Origin: Bacteroidales bacterium
GTDB taxonomy: Bacteria; Bacteroidota; Bacteroidia; Bacteroidales; F082
Length of the DNA: 64,000 nucleotides
Direction: 5' to 3'
NCBI GenBank assembly: GCA_017381865.1
Contig: JAFOBJ010000085.1
Coordinates: 5,613-69,612 of the forward strand
In this document: one piece after another, positions 16,708 to 27,236 of the stretch
Position numbering within the stretch: the stretch's first letter is position 1
Layout of the letters: each line of letters starts with the position of its first letter
The notes under the pieces: model-generated
Database searches by the model: none
What the model was told of the DNA's origin: nothing
Seen by the model: only the letters and a program-made list of their open reading frames with translations
Made by a program: the position numbers and the translations under genes

Positions 16708-19273
16708 CAACTTTAACCATTGTTCCATTAACGTTGATGAAATACATTCCTGCGTTAAGATTTGAAAGGTCGATTGTGTTAATGCCTTCGCTGATATTTT
16801 GTTGTAAAAGCATTTGGCCATTTACTGAATAAATTTTAACATCAGCAGCTTTAGCACTTTCAATTGTTACATAGTTTTTAGCAGGATTTGGATATACCAT
16901 GAAAGCTACTTCATTATTTTCTGCGATAGAAACTGTGAAGTTAACAGCAGCAGCAGTTGTTTTTTCTGATTCGCCTTCTTCGTAAACTGCTGATACAGCG
17001 TAGTTGTATGTTCCTGATTCCAAACCTTCGTCAACGTATGTTGTTTGTGTTGTATTTCCAATCAAAGCATCATTTCTATAAACATTATATTTTAAAACTT
17101 CTGATTCGAAAGGAGCTTGCCATGTTAATTCGATATCATTGTTGCTGATAACTTTAGCTGCAGCAGCTACTGGAGGATATAAGTAGTTTTCAAGTCTGTA
17201 ATATTTAGCAGAAGCCTTGTTGCCCATTGCCATGTCAGTATAAACAACACATGGTGAGTCATTGTGTAATGTCATTGCCATGTAAGAATCTGTCTTTGAT
17301 TCTGTGAAGCCTCTTGCGCCGACATAACTCCATTCTGTTCCGTCGTATTTAATTACAGAAACTTTATCGCCTTGATTTCCGTCAGCATATGCTACATAGA
17401 AATTTTGGTCGCTGTCAATAGCAACGTCAATGCCTTTGACTGTACCGTCAGCGATATTGTCGCCTAAGAATTGCCATTCAGCGCCATTATGACGGAAGAC
17501 TGCTAATTGTTCAGTACCGTTTACGCAATATGCGAGGTAAACATTACCATTAGCGTCAACTGCAACATCCTGGCAGTTTTTATTTGCTAATAAGATAGAA
17601 TCTGATACTGCTTCATCGCCGCCGATTTGTAACCATAATTCACCAACGAGTTTAGATACATACATTTTACGTCCAGCGTAGAAGTCAACCCAAGAAACGT
17701 ATGGAACATCTTTGCTATCGAGGGTTAATCTTGCCCATGAGCCACCACCTTGTGTGATGTATGTTTCGCCCATTGTTTCCCAGTTGCCGTTTTTATATCT
17801 GTTCAAGTAATAGCAATTTCCTTCGCCAGCATCGTTGAATGCTACATAAATGCTATTGTCTGAACCTACAGCTATTTTTGGATTTGAACCAATCTTACCA
17901 ATTTGACCGACTTCTGACCACTCGTTATTAGCGAATTTCATAACTTTAATCAAGCTATTTGATTTGATAGTATATGTTACATATACACCATCTTTACCAG
18001 CTGCGATAGAACCATCGTATCCCATTTCATCTGCAAGAGTTGGTGATTTCATCCAGCTTTTATCTCTTGTATTGTATTTGTAAATTGAAGGATAACCTGA
18101 TTCATATAAGAATGTGTAAATATCGCCATCATATGAACATGTTCCGAAGATAAAGCCATAACCTACTTGTGAGAAAGCGCGTTCGCCCAATGTTTCCCAG
18201 CTTGCGTTCAATGATTCCAAAACAGTTATTTCATATTCTTGTAATGTTTCATCTTCACCGTCTGTGACTTTCAAAACGACAGTGTATACGCCTGGTTCAG
18301 AAGCTTTACCTGAAAGTGTAGCTGATTTATAGTCGTTTTGTGTAAATGTCAACCATTCTGGTTTTTCTTCTGCAGTAACAACAAGTTGCTTATCATCTGT
18401 ATCGTGAACATAAATATTATAAGTATAATTTATACCTGCTGGAATGCTAAGTGATGGCACTGATGTGAATTTTGGAGCTGCGTTAGATTTTCCATTAAGA
18501 TAAGCACTGATACCAGCATTGTCTACTGTACCATTTCCATTCAAAAGGATACCGACAACTCTCATGTAGTTTTTGTCATAACCTTCAGGAATTGAGTATG
18601 TGAATGTATGAACATATGTTTGATCTTTAGCGAGTACTGTTGGGAAACCGCCTTCACCTTCATAGCCGCCGAGCATTTGGCGAGCGACGTGGTCGTAAGC
18701 AATCATATATGATGGTATTGGGTCTGGCATGTTTTCAAAACCGCCCATATATCCCCATATGTTTGCATAAATATTTGATTGGTCATATAAAGCTGATGTT
18801 CCAGAAACAGCGTCTTCTGTAACAACGCCAGCTACTGTATATGTGCCTTCCATATTTTCAAGAGCTGTAACTGTAACGGTTGCTGTCAATATGCGTGTAG
18901 CTTCATCAAATTGAGTTGTTACATCAACACTTGCTTTTGGAGTTTGGTTCATTTCTTCTTGAACTGATGCAAACCATTCATCTGTATTTTTCTTTGTATA
19001 ACGACGACCAATATTTGCTGATGGTGCGTTGTCTAATCCAGACTTCTCGACATATTCTTGATATGACATTGGGTCTTTTTGTGTTGGCCAATTGGCGTGA
19101 ATTGCTATAGTGATGACATTGTCATATGCATTTTGCAATGAATCAAGGTAATACATACCTGAAGGACAATAAGTACACCATGTTCCTGTTACTTCTTCAA
19201 CAAGCACATTTTTTTGCGCCATTGCTATATTTAATGATAACATTGCGCAGATAACAAGTAATAATTTCTTCAT
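16697..19273 (-). CDS. Large secreted multidomain protein (Omp28-related N-domain, Ig/FN3-like and beta-propeller-like repeats) with T9SS CTD
   Basis: Signal peptide MKKLLLVICAMLSLNIAMAQ (ATG 19273). VEEVTGTWCTYCPSG is thioredoxin-like/Omp28-related. C-terminus VYPNPAKNYVTIE...GMYFINVNGTMVKVVRQ is a T9SS CTD. Confidence 0.75.
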   Translation of the reverse strand: MKKLLLVICAMLSLNIAMAQKNVLVEEVTGTWCTYCPSGMYYLDSLQNAYDNVITIAIHANWPTQKDPMSYQEYVEKSGLDNAPSANIGRRYTKKNTDEWFASVQEEMNQTPKASVDVTTQFDEATRILTATVTVTALENMEGTYTVAGVVTEDAVSGTSALYDQSNIYANIWGYMGGFENMPDPIPSYMIAYDHVARQMLGGYEGEGGFPTVLAKDQTYVHTFTYSIPEGYDKNYMRVVGILLNGNGTVDNAGISAYLNGKSNAAPKFTSVPSLSIPAGINYTYNIYVHDTDDKQLVVTAEEKPEWLTFTQNDYKSATLSGKASEPGVYTVVLKVTDGEDETLQEYEITVLESLNASWETLGERAFSQVGYGFIFGTCSYDGDIYTFLYESGYPSIYKYNTRDKSWMKSPTLADEMGYDGSIAAGKDGVYVTYTIKSNSLIKVMKFANNEWSEVGQIGKIGSNPKIAVGSDNSIYVAFNDAGEGNCYYLNRYKNGNWETMGETYITQGGGSWARLTLDSKDVPYVSWVDFYAGRKMYVSKLVGELWLQIGGDEAVSDSILLANKNCQDVAVDANGNVYLAYCVNGTEQLAVFRHNGAEWQFLGDNIADGTVKGIDVAIDSDQNFYVAYADGNQGDKVSVIKYDGTEWSYVGARGFTESKTDSYMAMTLHNDSPCVVYTDMAMGNKASAKYYRLENYLYPPVAAAAKVISNNDIELTWQAPFESEVLKYNVYRNDALIGNTTQTTYVDEGLESGTYNYAVSAVYEEGESEKTTAAAVNFTVSIAENNEVAFMVYPNPAKNYVTIESAKAADVKIYSVNGQMLLQQNISEGINTIDLSNLNAGMYFINVNGTMVKVVRQ

Positions 19274-19365
19274 AACTGTTGTAGATTTAATTAAACCGCA
19301 AAGATATAAAAAAGACAAAGACTAAGGAGCAAAGATTAAAGTTTTTTTTGACTATGAACCAACAC

Positions 19366-19391
19366 AAAAGGGACACGATAAATCGCATCCC
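19366..19391 (-). terminator. Strand-specific hairpin terminator after the C69 peptidase gene
   Basis: On the minus strand GGGATGCGA / TCGTGTCCC pair (two G-U wobbles) and are followed by a TTTT tract. Confidence 0.45.
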
Positions 19392-19392
19392 T

Positions 19393-19424
19393 ACTTGTTG
19401 TCTTATAGTCTTGTTGTCTTAATA
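19393..19424 (+). repeat. 8-nt-period array (ACTTGTTG TCTTATAG TCTTGTTG TCTTAATA)
   Basis: Read directly. Same word family as 16668-16707. Abuts the C69 stop codon. Confidence 0.85.
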
Positions 19425-21161
19425 AACTTTAAGCTTATCGCCTGTTTGTTCAATGATTGCTCTATAGAATTCTTCAGTGAATTTAGGTTGTTCAACTTTT
19501 GGAGCGTAGAATTTATAGCTCTTTGGTGTTGCTTGAGCAGTCTTGATGTTAAAGTCCATGTATTTTACAAATAAATATTTATAAAATTCTCTCCAGTCGG
19601 CAACTAATTTTTCTGCTTCTGTACTTGAGAATGTTGTGAGGAATCTGACAGCTTCTTTAGGATTTGACTCATACAATGAAGTTGCATGATTGTCAATGTG
19701 TCCTATCATTTCAACCCAAGCTTTTTCATAAGCTGCTTGACGTTCAGCTATTTCTGGATGGATGTAGTTGTATTTTGTATAAGCCCAGTTTGTAACTTGG
19801 TTGAATGCCCAGAATGCTGCTGTTTCTGAATATTCCATGATACTGCCATTGCCTACTCTGAAACAGTTTGGAATTTCTGTCATACATGTATACATTGGGC
19901 AATATACTGTGCTTGCTGCATCGTCGACGCCAAACCAAATGATACCGCCAATTTCAGCAATTGTGTTAGGACGACATTGTGCTACAAATGAGAATGCTGT
20001 TTGTTGTGTTGCTGTTGCACGTTCGTGAACATATTCTACGCCGTCAACTTCCCAGCCCATTGGACGTGGTCTGTATGGACATTGGAATGGACCTGCACCA
20101 ATGTCTTGAGTCATATCGAGTTCTGTTCCTTCAAGATGGTCACGCATATAAGCCATAACGTCTAAAACACTTACTTTTTCAGTAGGTTTAACCCAAAGAG
20201 GCATTCTGTTTGTTGGGAAATTCTCTGGTGTTTGTGGCTGACCGCTTACATAAGGCTTTGCACGGTTTATGTTTCTGCCTGTTGCATAGTCCCAATATTG
20301 GTCCATGCCGTCAACAATTTGGTTAAACATAGCCCAAACACGAATCTCACAAGCGCGTGCGCCACTGAAATCTACTGGTGCATAAACATCTGAGAATGAG
20401 AATTGTCCGTCAGGACCTGCATATAAATTATTTTTCTTTGCGAAAGAAATAACGTCTTCTGCGTAAACACAATCGATGTTAGGATTCTTCAAAAGTTTGT
20501 CAATATTTTTTGAAGTGATACTGTTTTTGTTTTGCTTGTTTGCCAATGGGAATGTAGTGATACGAGCTTGATTAGCGTGAGCTGAAACGTAACCATCTGG
20601 AATGCGGCGTGCTACCCAAACTGCACCTTTTTCTTTACCCTTACCGATAAGTTCCATAATCCATACTTCGTTAGGGTCTGCAATAGAAAATGACTCACCA
20701 TCGCTGATATAACCATAGTTAGCAACCAATTCTGCCATTGTCTTGATAGCTTCACGAGCTGTTTTTGCACGTTGTAATGTAATGTAAATCAAGCTACCAT
20801 AGTCGATTAAACCATTAGGATTGCCCAAATTTGGAAGACCGCCGTAAGTTGTTTCAGCAATAGCAAGCTGCCATTCGTTCATATTACCTACAACGTTATA
20901 AGTATGAGCTACTTCTGGAATGCGACCGAGATATCTTCCTGAATCCCAATCAACAACTTCTCTCATTGCGCCTTCTGGATGGTCAGCTGCAGGGAAATGG
21001 TACAATTCACCATAAAGTACATGTGAATCAGCTGCATAAGAAACAATCGATGAGCCGTCTGCTGATGCTCCCGGAGTGATTAAGAAATTTGTACATGCCA
21101 AAGCTGGCTTCACAAACGAAACCAAGCACATAACGATTAATAATGTTAATGTTTTTTTCAT
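19419..21161 (-). CDS. C69 family dipeptidase (secreted)
   Basis: Signal peptide, then ACTNFLITPGASADGS (nucleophile Cys at the mature N-terminus as in C69 peptidases); 580 aa. Confidence 0.8.
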   Translation of the reverse strand: MKKTLTLLIVMCLVSFVKPALACTNFLITPGASADGSSIVSYAADSHVLYGELYHFPAADHPEGAMREVVDWDSGRYLGRIPEVAHTYNVVGNMNEWQLAIAETTYGGLPNLGNPNGLIDYGSLIYITLQRAKTAREAIKTMAELVANYGYISDGESFSIADPNEVWIMELIGKGKEKGAVWVARRIPDGYVSAHANQARITTFPLANKQNKNSITSKNIDKLLKNPNIDCVYAEDVISFAKKNNLYAGPDGQFSFSDVYAPVDFSGARACEIRVWAMFNQIVDGMDQYWDYATGRNINRAKPYVSGQPQTPENFPTNRMPLWVKPTEKVSVLDVMAYMRDHLEGTELDMTQDIGAGPFQCPYRPRPMGWEVDGVEYVHERATATQQTAFSFVAQCRPNTIAEIGGIIWFGVDDAASTVYCPMYTCMTEIPNCFRVGNGSIMEYSETAAFWAFNQVTNWAYTKYNYIHPEIAERQAAYEKAWVEMIGHIDNHATSLYESNPKEAVRFLTTFSSTEAEKLVADWREFYKYLFVKYMDFNIKTAQATPKSYKFYAPKVEQPKFTEEFYRAIIEQTGDKLKVY

Positions 21162-21190
21162 ATCAAATAATTTAAAGTGTTAATAATCAT

Positions 21191-22117
21191 TTATAATAAT
21201 TCTCTAATCTGCTTTTCGTCAATCATGATTTGTTGTTTCAACTCTTCAAGACTATCAAATTTACGTTCGTCTCTTATCCTTTTTACAAAACGTATTTTAA
21301 CATCTTTTTCGTATATATCTCCATCAAAATCAAAGATATGCACTTCTATATTTTCATCATTGCCAGCATTGATAGTCGGTTTTTTTCCAATATAAGTCAT
21401 TGATTTATAAACCTTATCTTCAAAATCAACGTAAGTAGCATAAACACCTGGCATTTCTATCAAACGATATTCTCTGCTAACATCAAGATTTGCAGTACGA
21501 TAACCCAACTCACGGCCTATCTTGTTTCCAGAAATAACTTTTCCGATATATGAATATTGATAACCTAGAAGCATATTGGCATGTTCAACATCGCCATGTT
21601 GCAAAGCAAGACGAATCTTGGTAGAACTTACCGCAATATTTTCAACATCATGAGCTTCAATACGTTGAACTTCAAAATTATAATGCGAAGCTAATTCTTG
21701 CAACTGACTGAAATCGCCAGTTCTATTTTTTCCGAAGTGATGATCATAACCGATGAAAATCTTCGCTGGATTTATTTTTTCAATAACATAATCGCGGATA
21801 AAAACATCTGAAGGTAAAAGTGAAAATTCTTTTGTAAAATTCACAACAATAAGATTATCAACGCCAATTTTTTCAAGATGTTTTATCTTTTCCTCTTGAC
21901 TTGTAATGAAACGAAGATTAGAACTGTCGATATTAAGAACTTGTCGAGGATGCGGATAGAAAGTAATCACAACCGTCTCACCGTCAATCTCTTTCGCGGC
22001 ATTCACCATATCTTCCAATATGGCACGATGTCCTTGATGAACGCCATCGAAAGTACCAATTGTGACTATTGCGTTTGGCACTTTTACAAAATCGGTGAAA
22101 TTGTGATAGATTTTCAT
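21191..22117 (-). CDS. ribF: Bifunctional riboflavin kinase / FMN adenylyltransferase
   Basis: TIGTFDGVHQGH nucleotidyltransferase motif and a C-terminal riboflavin kinase region; 308 aa. Confidence 0.9.
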   Translation of the reverse strand: MKIYHNFTDFVKVPNAIVTIGTFDGVHQGHRAILEDMVNAAKEIDGETVVITFYPHPRQVLNIDSSNLRFITSQEEKIKHLEKIGVDNLIVVNFTKEFSLLPSDVFIRDYVIEKINPAKIFIGYDHHFGKNRTGDFSQLQELASHYNFEVQRIEAHDVENIAVSSTKIRLALQHGDVEHANMLLGYQYSYIGKVISGNKIGRELGYRTANLDVSREYRLIEMPGVYATYVDFEDKVYKSMTYIGKKPTINAGNDENIEVHIFDFDGDIYEKDVKIRFVKRIRDERKFDSLEELKQQIMIDEKQIRELL

Positions 22118-23103
22118 ATCTTAAAATTCTCGATGATATATTTCGCAATCTGCACAGCGTTTGTTGCAGCACCTTTTCTGATATTATCCGATACTAGCCA
22201 GATATTCAAACCTTTATCTATGCTAAAGTCACGACGTATTCTTCCCACGAAAACATCGTCTTTGTCGTAAGCCATCACTGGAGTAGGATAGACGTTCTCA
22301 CTTGGATTGTCGTAAAGAACTACGCCAGGAGCATTCGACAAAATATTTCTAACTTCTTCTAAATCAAAATCTTGTTCAAACTCAATATTAACACTTTCAG
22401 AATGTCCGCCGTAGACAGGCACACGCACTACGGTAGCAGTAACGGCGATGTCGGAATGCAGAATTTTGTTTGTTTCAAAGACGAGTTTTTCCTCTTCAGC
22501 AGTATATCCATTTTCCAAAAAATTGCCGCCGTGAGGAATCACATTCTCGTGAATCTTAGTAGGATACACCGGATTATCGCAACGTTCGCCTTTCTGTTCC
22601 AAAGCTAATTGATTAAGACCTTTTTGGCCGCTTCCGCTTACCGACTGATAAGTTGAAATCACCAAACGCTTGGCATTGTATTTTCTATGTAATGGAGCTA
22701 AAGCCATCAACATACATATCGTGGTACAATTTGGATTTGCGATGATGTGATTGTCGATTTTTATATCTGAAGCGTTGATTTCTGGCACTACGAGCGGCAC
22801 GTTTTTATCTTTACGCCAGGCAGAACTGTTATCGATGACGTAAGTTCCGACAGCTGCGAATTTTTCGGCATATTGTAGCGAGACTTCCGCCCCTGCTGAA
22901 AAAATCGCAATGTGTGGTCGAGCTTCAACAGCTTGATCCATCGAAATCAATGTCAATTCCTTATCTTTATATGTTACTTTTTTTCCTATCGATCTATCTG
23001 ATGCTGCCACAATGATTTCGTCAATCTGCAAATTTTGTTCAGCCAAAACCTGCAACATCTTCTGACCGACTAAACCTGTAGCTCCTATAACAGCGACTTT
23101 CAT
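22114..23103 (-). CDS. asd: Aspartate-semialdehyde dehydrogenase
   Basis: VAVIGATGLVG Rossmann motif and IANPNCTTI catalytic Cys motif. 4-nt overlap with ribF. Confidence 0.9.
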   Translation of the reverse strand: MKVAVIGATGLVGQKMLQVLAEQNLQIDEIIVAASDRSIGKKVTYKDKELTLISMDQAVEARPHIAIFSAGAEVSLQYAEKFAAVGTYVIDNSSAWRKDKNVPLVVPEINASDIKIDNHIIANPNCTTICMLMALAPLHRKYNAKRLVISTYQSVSGSGQKGLNQLALEQKGERCDNPVYPTKIHENVIPHGGNFLENGYTAEEEKLVFETNKILHSDIAVTATVVRVPVYGGHSESVNIEFEQDFDLEEVRNILSNAPGVVLYDNPSENVYPTPVMAYDKDDVFVGRIRRDFSIDKGLNIWLVSDNIRKGAATNAVQIAKYIIENFKI

Positions 23104-23287
23104 AATAAATATTAATAAATAATGGTACTTTTTAACTCATTTCGACTACATTTTTAACACTTTTTAACACAAAAGTTAAAGTTAGTTAAAAATCAGCATC
23201 TTATTAAAAAAAAGTTATACTTTTACACGCAAAAATACGAATTTATTAGAGACCTTAAACGTATAAAAAAAGAAAAAACATAAAAGT

Positions 23288-25015
23288 ATGAAACTTAAAT
23301 TTGCATCCTTATTAATTGTGTGGTGCACCTTATTGAATTACACACTATGCGCACACGAAAACGACATCGTCATTAACGAAATTATGTCAGACCCAAGTCC
23401 AAGCATCGGACTTCCAGAATGGGAATTTGTCGAATTATACAATACTTCCGATTCTACAATAAATATCAAAAATTGGAAACTTATACTCGGAAAAAAAGAA
23501 TTTCTATTTAATGAAAATATTGAAATTCAATCAGATGAATATCTAATTTTATGTCACAACGACGCTATTGATAATTTGTCATTGTTTGGAAAATGTCACG
23601 GATTTTCTTCTTTTCAGATAACAAATTCTGGAACTAACATATCCCTGATTGATGAAAATGAAATATTAATTTCTTCTGTAAACTTTAACACTTCTTGGCA
23701 TTCAACGACTTACAAAAAAGACGGAGGCTGGTCGCTGGAACAAATCGACGCCTTTAATCCTTGTGTCGGCAAAACTAATTGGAATAGTTCCATCGATAAA
23801 AAAGGCGGCACGCCTGGAAAAATAAATTCTATCGCAAACGAAAATGTCGTTTCTCCAAAATTAGACCATATCAATCCAATTTCTCATAATGAAATAGAAG
23901 TATTCTTTAATCAAAATATGGATTTACAGTCATTACAAAATATTGATAATTATATTGTTAAAGAATTAAATTTACTTCCTCAGAAAATAGAAACAATAAA
24001 ATACAAAAACGATTATGTAAAATTAACATTTGATTACAATTTCGAAGAAAATAAATTATACACTATTAATATTAATAATGTATCGAATTGCAAAGGCATT
24101 CCGCCCGAAAATGAAATAAACGCCAGATTCGGAATTCCGTCAGAGGTAAATCGCAACGACATAATTATTAATGAAATATTATTTAACCCAATATCTCCTG
24201 GCGTCGAATATCTGGAACTTTACAATCGTTCTGATAAAGTTATTGATTTAAAAGAAATTATGTTCGGAACCATTAAGAAAAGTTTTCCGAATCCGCCAGA
24301 TACTACACTGAAAGAAATTTGTTCCGAAAGCAGAATCTTACTCCCGCAATCCTACGTCCTGCTTTCAACAAATAAAGAAATCGTCATTGAACAATATCTG
24401 GATGCTGACACAGACACTGACACTGACTTCCTTGACGTGGAGTCGTTTCCGAGTTTGTCAAACGAAGAAGGACATATAATTATATGCGACAAAGGCAGAG
24501 TTGTAGTTGATGAAATGAAATATTCCGATAAGATGCATTATCCTTTATTGTATATAACACAAGGAGTTGCATTAGAACGTATTTCTTTTGAAAATTCATC
24601 TCTCGATGAAAACAATTGGCATTCTGCTTCTTTTAATTACAACTACGGAACTCCAGGATATGAAAATTCGATGGCAAAAAACGTTAATATCAATATTAAC
24701 AAAAATAAAATTAACATTATCCCTGAAATATTCTCTCCAGACGGTGATGCTTATAATGATATTTGCAGTATTTACTATAACTTAGACGATAATGGCTACA
24801 GCTTGAATATCAAGATTTTCAATTCTGACGGAATTTTAGTCAGAAACCTATTTAATAACAACCTTGTAAATTGTGAAGGTACAATCTATTGGGACGGCTG
24901 CGACAACAATAAACGTCGCGTTTCTCATGGAATCTATATCGTACAAACAGAAATCTTCGACACAAATGGAAATGTGGAAAGAACACGAAACGTGGTGGTG
25001 GTAGCACTACATTAA
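23288..25015 (+). CDS. Lamin-tail-domain (LTD) protein with T9SS type B (CHU_C-like) C-terminal domain
   Basis: Two INEI(M/L)..P....E(F/Y)(V/L)ELYN LTD signatures. C-terminus IFSPDGDAYND...GIYIVQTEIFD resembles the gliding-motility-associated C-terminal domain. Confidence 0.7.
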   Translation: MKLKFASLLIVWCTLLNYTLCAHENDIVINEIMSDPSPSIGLPEWEFVELYNTSDSTINIKNWKLILGKKEFLFNENIEIQSDEYLILCHNDAIDNLSLFGKCHGFSSFQITNSGTNISLIDENEILISSVNFNTSWHSTTYKKDGGWSLEQIDAFNPCVGKTNWNSSIDKKGGTPGKINSIANENVVSPKLDHINPISHNEIEVFFNQNMDLQSLQNIDNYIVKELNLLPQKIETIKYKNDYVKLTFDYNFEENKLYTININNVSNCKGIPPENEINARFGIPSEVNRNDIIINEILFNPISPGVEYLELYNRSDKVIDLKEIMFGTIKKSFPNPPDTTLKEICSESRILLPQSYVLLSTNKEIVIEQYLDADTDTDTDFLDVESFPSLSNEEGHIIICDKGRVVVDEMKYSDKMHYPLLYITQGVALERISFENSSLDENNWHSASFNYNYGTPGYENSMAKNVNININKNKINIIPEIFSPDGDAYNDICSIYYNLDDNGYSLNIKIFNSDGILVRNLFNNNLVNCEGTIYWDGCDNNKRRVSHGIYIVQTEIFDTNGNVERTRNVVVVALH

Positions 25016-26182
25016 TTTCTGATAAAATTGCCACCATTTATCTGGCAATTCATTTTCCATCGCCAAATCGTAATCTTCTCTCGAACATGGAATATAGTGA
25101 TGGCGCTCATATTTTTCTCTGTCTTTGCTCTTGAATGACAAATCAATCCACCATTTTCCACTTACTTTATGACAAAGGAAAATTATATCTTCGTCAAAAC
25201 CTTCCAAATTAACAATATAACGTTTGAAATTCTTATTGTTATTTGTTGGAAAATCATTCATTCGCAAACTGAATCCTTCTATAAAATACCAAATCATCTG
25301 CGATAAAGTATTGGCAGTCACATTGTTAATATCATATGTCGGATTATATTCAAAAAATCCTATTGATGTAAGTTTTGGATTCATGCCAGCATAACGAGTC
25401 ATTTTGCAACCGTCTTCAGAAGAAAATCCGTTTGGTGAATTGTGTTTCACTCCTGGCGCATCAGCTGCACGAAATGCCGAAGTGTCAATTGTAATAATAT
25501 CAGCATTGCGCAACAATGGTTCTGTAACTTCAATGTTAGCCTTTATATTTCCAATCCTATGAACATCAAAAAGAAGATTTTTCATAAGTTCAACATTATG
25601 GTTATCAACATAATAACTCTGATAACCAATATTTGTATAATTAAAAAGGAAACTAGGCTGATGTAAAATTATATGACTTAAATATGAATTTGAATTTAAT
25701 TCCTCGTCATCTTGACCAATATCAAAACGTGAATCTATTGATGTGATATTCACTAATTTACCTGTATTTTCATAAACCTGATACATCGGATATGTCAAAT
25801 CCTGACTGCCACCTAATATAATAGGTACAATGCGATATCTCATCAATGTTGAGAAAACCTTATTGAGAGCAAAATATGTATCCTCAATTTCAAAGCCTGT
25901 TTTTATATTACCTAAATCAATGATTTTCAAATCATCCCAATGGTAAAAAAGTTGATACAATGCTTTTCTTATTATATTCGGTGCGTTTTTACAACCTTTA
26001 TTGTCGAAAGAATTGCGTTCTTCTTCAACACCAACAATCGCAAGTTGAAAACCATCTAAGTCTGGAAATTCTTCACCTTCCTTGTATATAGTTATCGAAT
26101 TTCCAATCTGATTGCTGTGATACAAATTACAACTTTCAATAAAATCTTGCTTTATTGTATTAAGAAAAACATTGATTTCCAT
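25007..26182 (-). CDS. Arginase-fold family protein (formimidoylglutamase-like)
   Basis: About 390 aa with the ureohydrolase-like pattern ILGGSQDLTYP ... ITIDTSAFRAADAPG. The metal-ligand motifs look degenerate. ATG 26182 is preferred over TTG 26212. Confidence 0.5.
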   Translation of the reverse strand: MEINVFLNTIKQDFIESCNLYHSNQIGNSITIYKEGEEFPDLDGFQLAIVGVEEERNSFDNKGCKNAPNIIRKALYQLFYHWDDLKIIDLGNIKTGFEIEDTYFALNKVFSTLMRYRIVPIILGGSQDLTYPMYQVYENTGKLVNITSIDSRFDIGQDDEELNSNSYLSHIILHQPSFLFNYTNIGYQSYYVDNHNVELMKNLLFDVHRIGNIKANIEVTEPLLRNADIITIDTSAFRAADAPGVKHNSPNGFSSEDGCKMTRYAGMNPKLTSIGFFEYNPTYDINNVTANTLSQMIWYFIEGFSLRMNDFPTNNNKNFKRYIVNLEGFDEDIIFLCHKVSGKWWIDLSFKSKDREKYERHHYIPCSREDYDLAMENELPDKWWQFYQKLM

Positions 26183-26296
26183 TATATTAGACTTTATATT
26201 ATTTTTCTTCAAAATTAAAAAATATTTGTTATTAAAATTATTGATTTAAAAAAATTGGACTTGATAAATCAATATGTTCTTTGTTAATTCTTTTTT

Positions 26297-26304
26297 TACC
26301 TTTG
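26297..26304 (+). promoter_or_regulatory. Bacteroidetes -7 promoter box TACCTTTG upstream of rlmH
   Basis: Matches TAnnTTTG, 5 nt before ATG 26309 (near-leaderless). Confidence 0.45.
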
Positions 26305-26308
26305 CAAT

Positions 26309-26782
26309 ATGAAAATATTATTCTTAGTCATAGGCAAAACCGACGAAAGTTATTTAGAAACAGGTATCGGTAAATATATCAAAAGGTTAGAGCATTACAT
26401 TCCTTTTGAAATGAAAGTCATTCCTGATATTAAAAATAGGAAAACTTTAACAGAAGAACAACAGAAAAAAGCTGAAGGCGACTTGATATTGTCGCAATTG
26501 AATCCGGGCGACGATTTGATTTTATTGGATGAAAAAGGAAAGACTTTCACTTCGGTAATGTTTTCACAATGGATTGAAAAACAGATGAATGCAGGAAGCA
26601 AAAGAATAGTTTTTGTTGTTGGAGGACCTTATGGTTTTTCTAAAGAAGTTTATGACAAATGTAAATTCAAAATAAGTCTTTCTGAAATGACATTTTCTCA
26701 CCAAATGATAAGGTTGATTTTTGTAGAGCAACTTTACCGCGCCTTCACAATTATAAAAGGTGAACCTTATCATCATGTATAA
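26309..26782 (+). CDS. rlmH: 23S rRNA (pseudouridine1915-N3)-methyltransferase
   Basis: 157-aa SPOUT protein with FVVGGPYGFS and LSEMTFSHQM motifs. Confidence 0.9.
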   Translation: MKILFLVIGKTDESYLETGIGKYIKRLEHYIPFEMKVIPDIKNRKTLTEEQQKKAEGDLILSQLNPGDDLILLDEKGKTFTSVMFSQWIEKQMNAGSKRIVFVVGGPYGFSKEVYDKCKFKISLSEMTFSHQMIRLIFVEQLYRAFTIIKGEPYHHV

Positions 26783-26783
26783 A

Positions 26784-26811
26784 GACAACTGACAATTGTC
26801 AACGGACAACA
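26784..26811 (+). repeat. 7-nt-period array (GACAACT GACAATT GTCAACG GACAACA)
   Basis: Read directly, immediately after the rlmH stop. Confidence 0.75.
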
Positions 26812-26938
26812 GTTTCTGTTAATTTTATTTAACAATACGAACTAAAAAAAACAGAAAAAAAGTATTGACTTTAAAAATCAAATTTCGTATATTTGTTGTC
26901 TATAAAAAAATAATTATTAACTCTTAAAATATAAGACT

Positions 26939-27169
26939 ATGGAAAACTTAATTGAATTACTGAAGCAACAGCAAGAAGGATACGATGATATCAAAGCTGA
27001 AAAAAAATTAAGTTTGTTTTATCACAAAGCCAACGGTGCTGGCATTGAATCTTTTTTAGATGAATTTTTTGAATGGTTATTGTTGACAAAACAAATGGAC
27101 TACAAAGACATCATGAAAATGACAGATCATGATTTACATGATTTATACGAATTAGAATACAAGAAATAA
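26939..27169 (+). CDS. Hypothetical small protein
   Basis: 76-aa ORF with its own TATATTTG -7 box at 26888-26895 and a downstream hairpin terminator. Confidence 0.45.
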   Translation: MENLIELLKQQQEGYDDIKAEKKLSLFYHKANGAGIESFLDEFFEWLLLTKQMDYKDIMKMTDHDLHDLYELEYKK

Positions 27170-27183
27170 AAATTATCTTATTA

Positions 27184-27223
27184 AAAAAAAAGACCGATTT
27201 CGTTATGAAACCGGTCTTTTTTT
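27184..27223. terminator. Bidirectional hairpin terminator
   Basis: A8-AGACCG...CGGTCT-T7 between convergent genes. Confidence 0.65.
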
Positions 27224-27236
27224 ATGGTTATGTTTC

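Noticed and set aside
23104-23287. Repeated TTTTTAACAC / GTTAAA words in the asd/LTD divergent region as a regulatory repeat.
   Set aside because: There are only two exact 10-mers in very AT-rich promoter DNA, with no dyad symmetry and no match elsewhere in the window. This is indistinguishable from low-complexity background.
24407-24427. GACACAGACACTGACACTGAC repeat in the LTD protein gene as a contingency locus.
   Set aside because: The unit is 6 nt and in frame (it encodes DTDTDTD), so copy changes would only alter a short acidic linker. It is too short to be notable.
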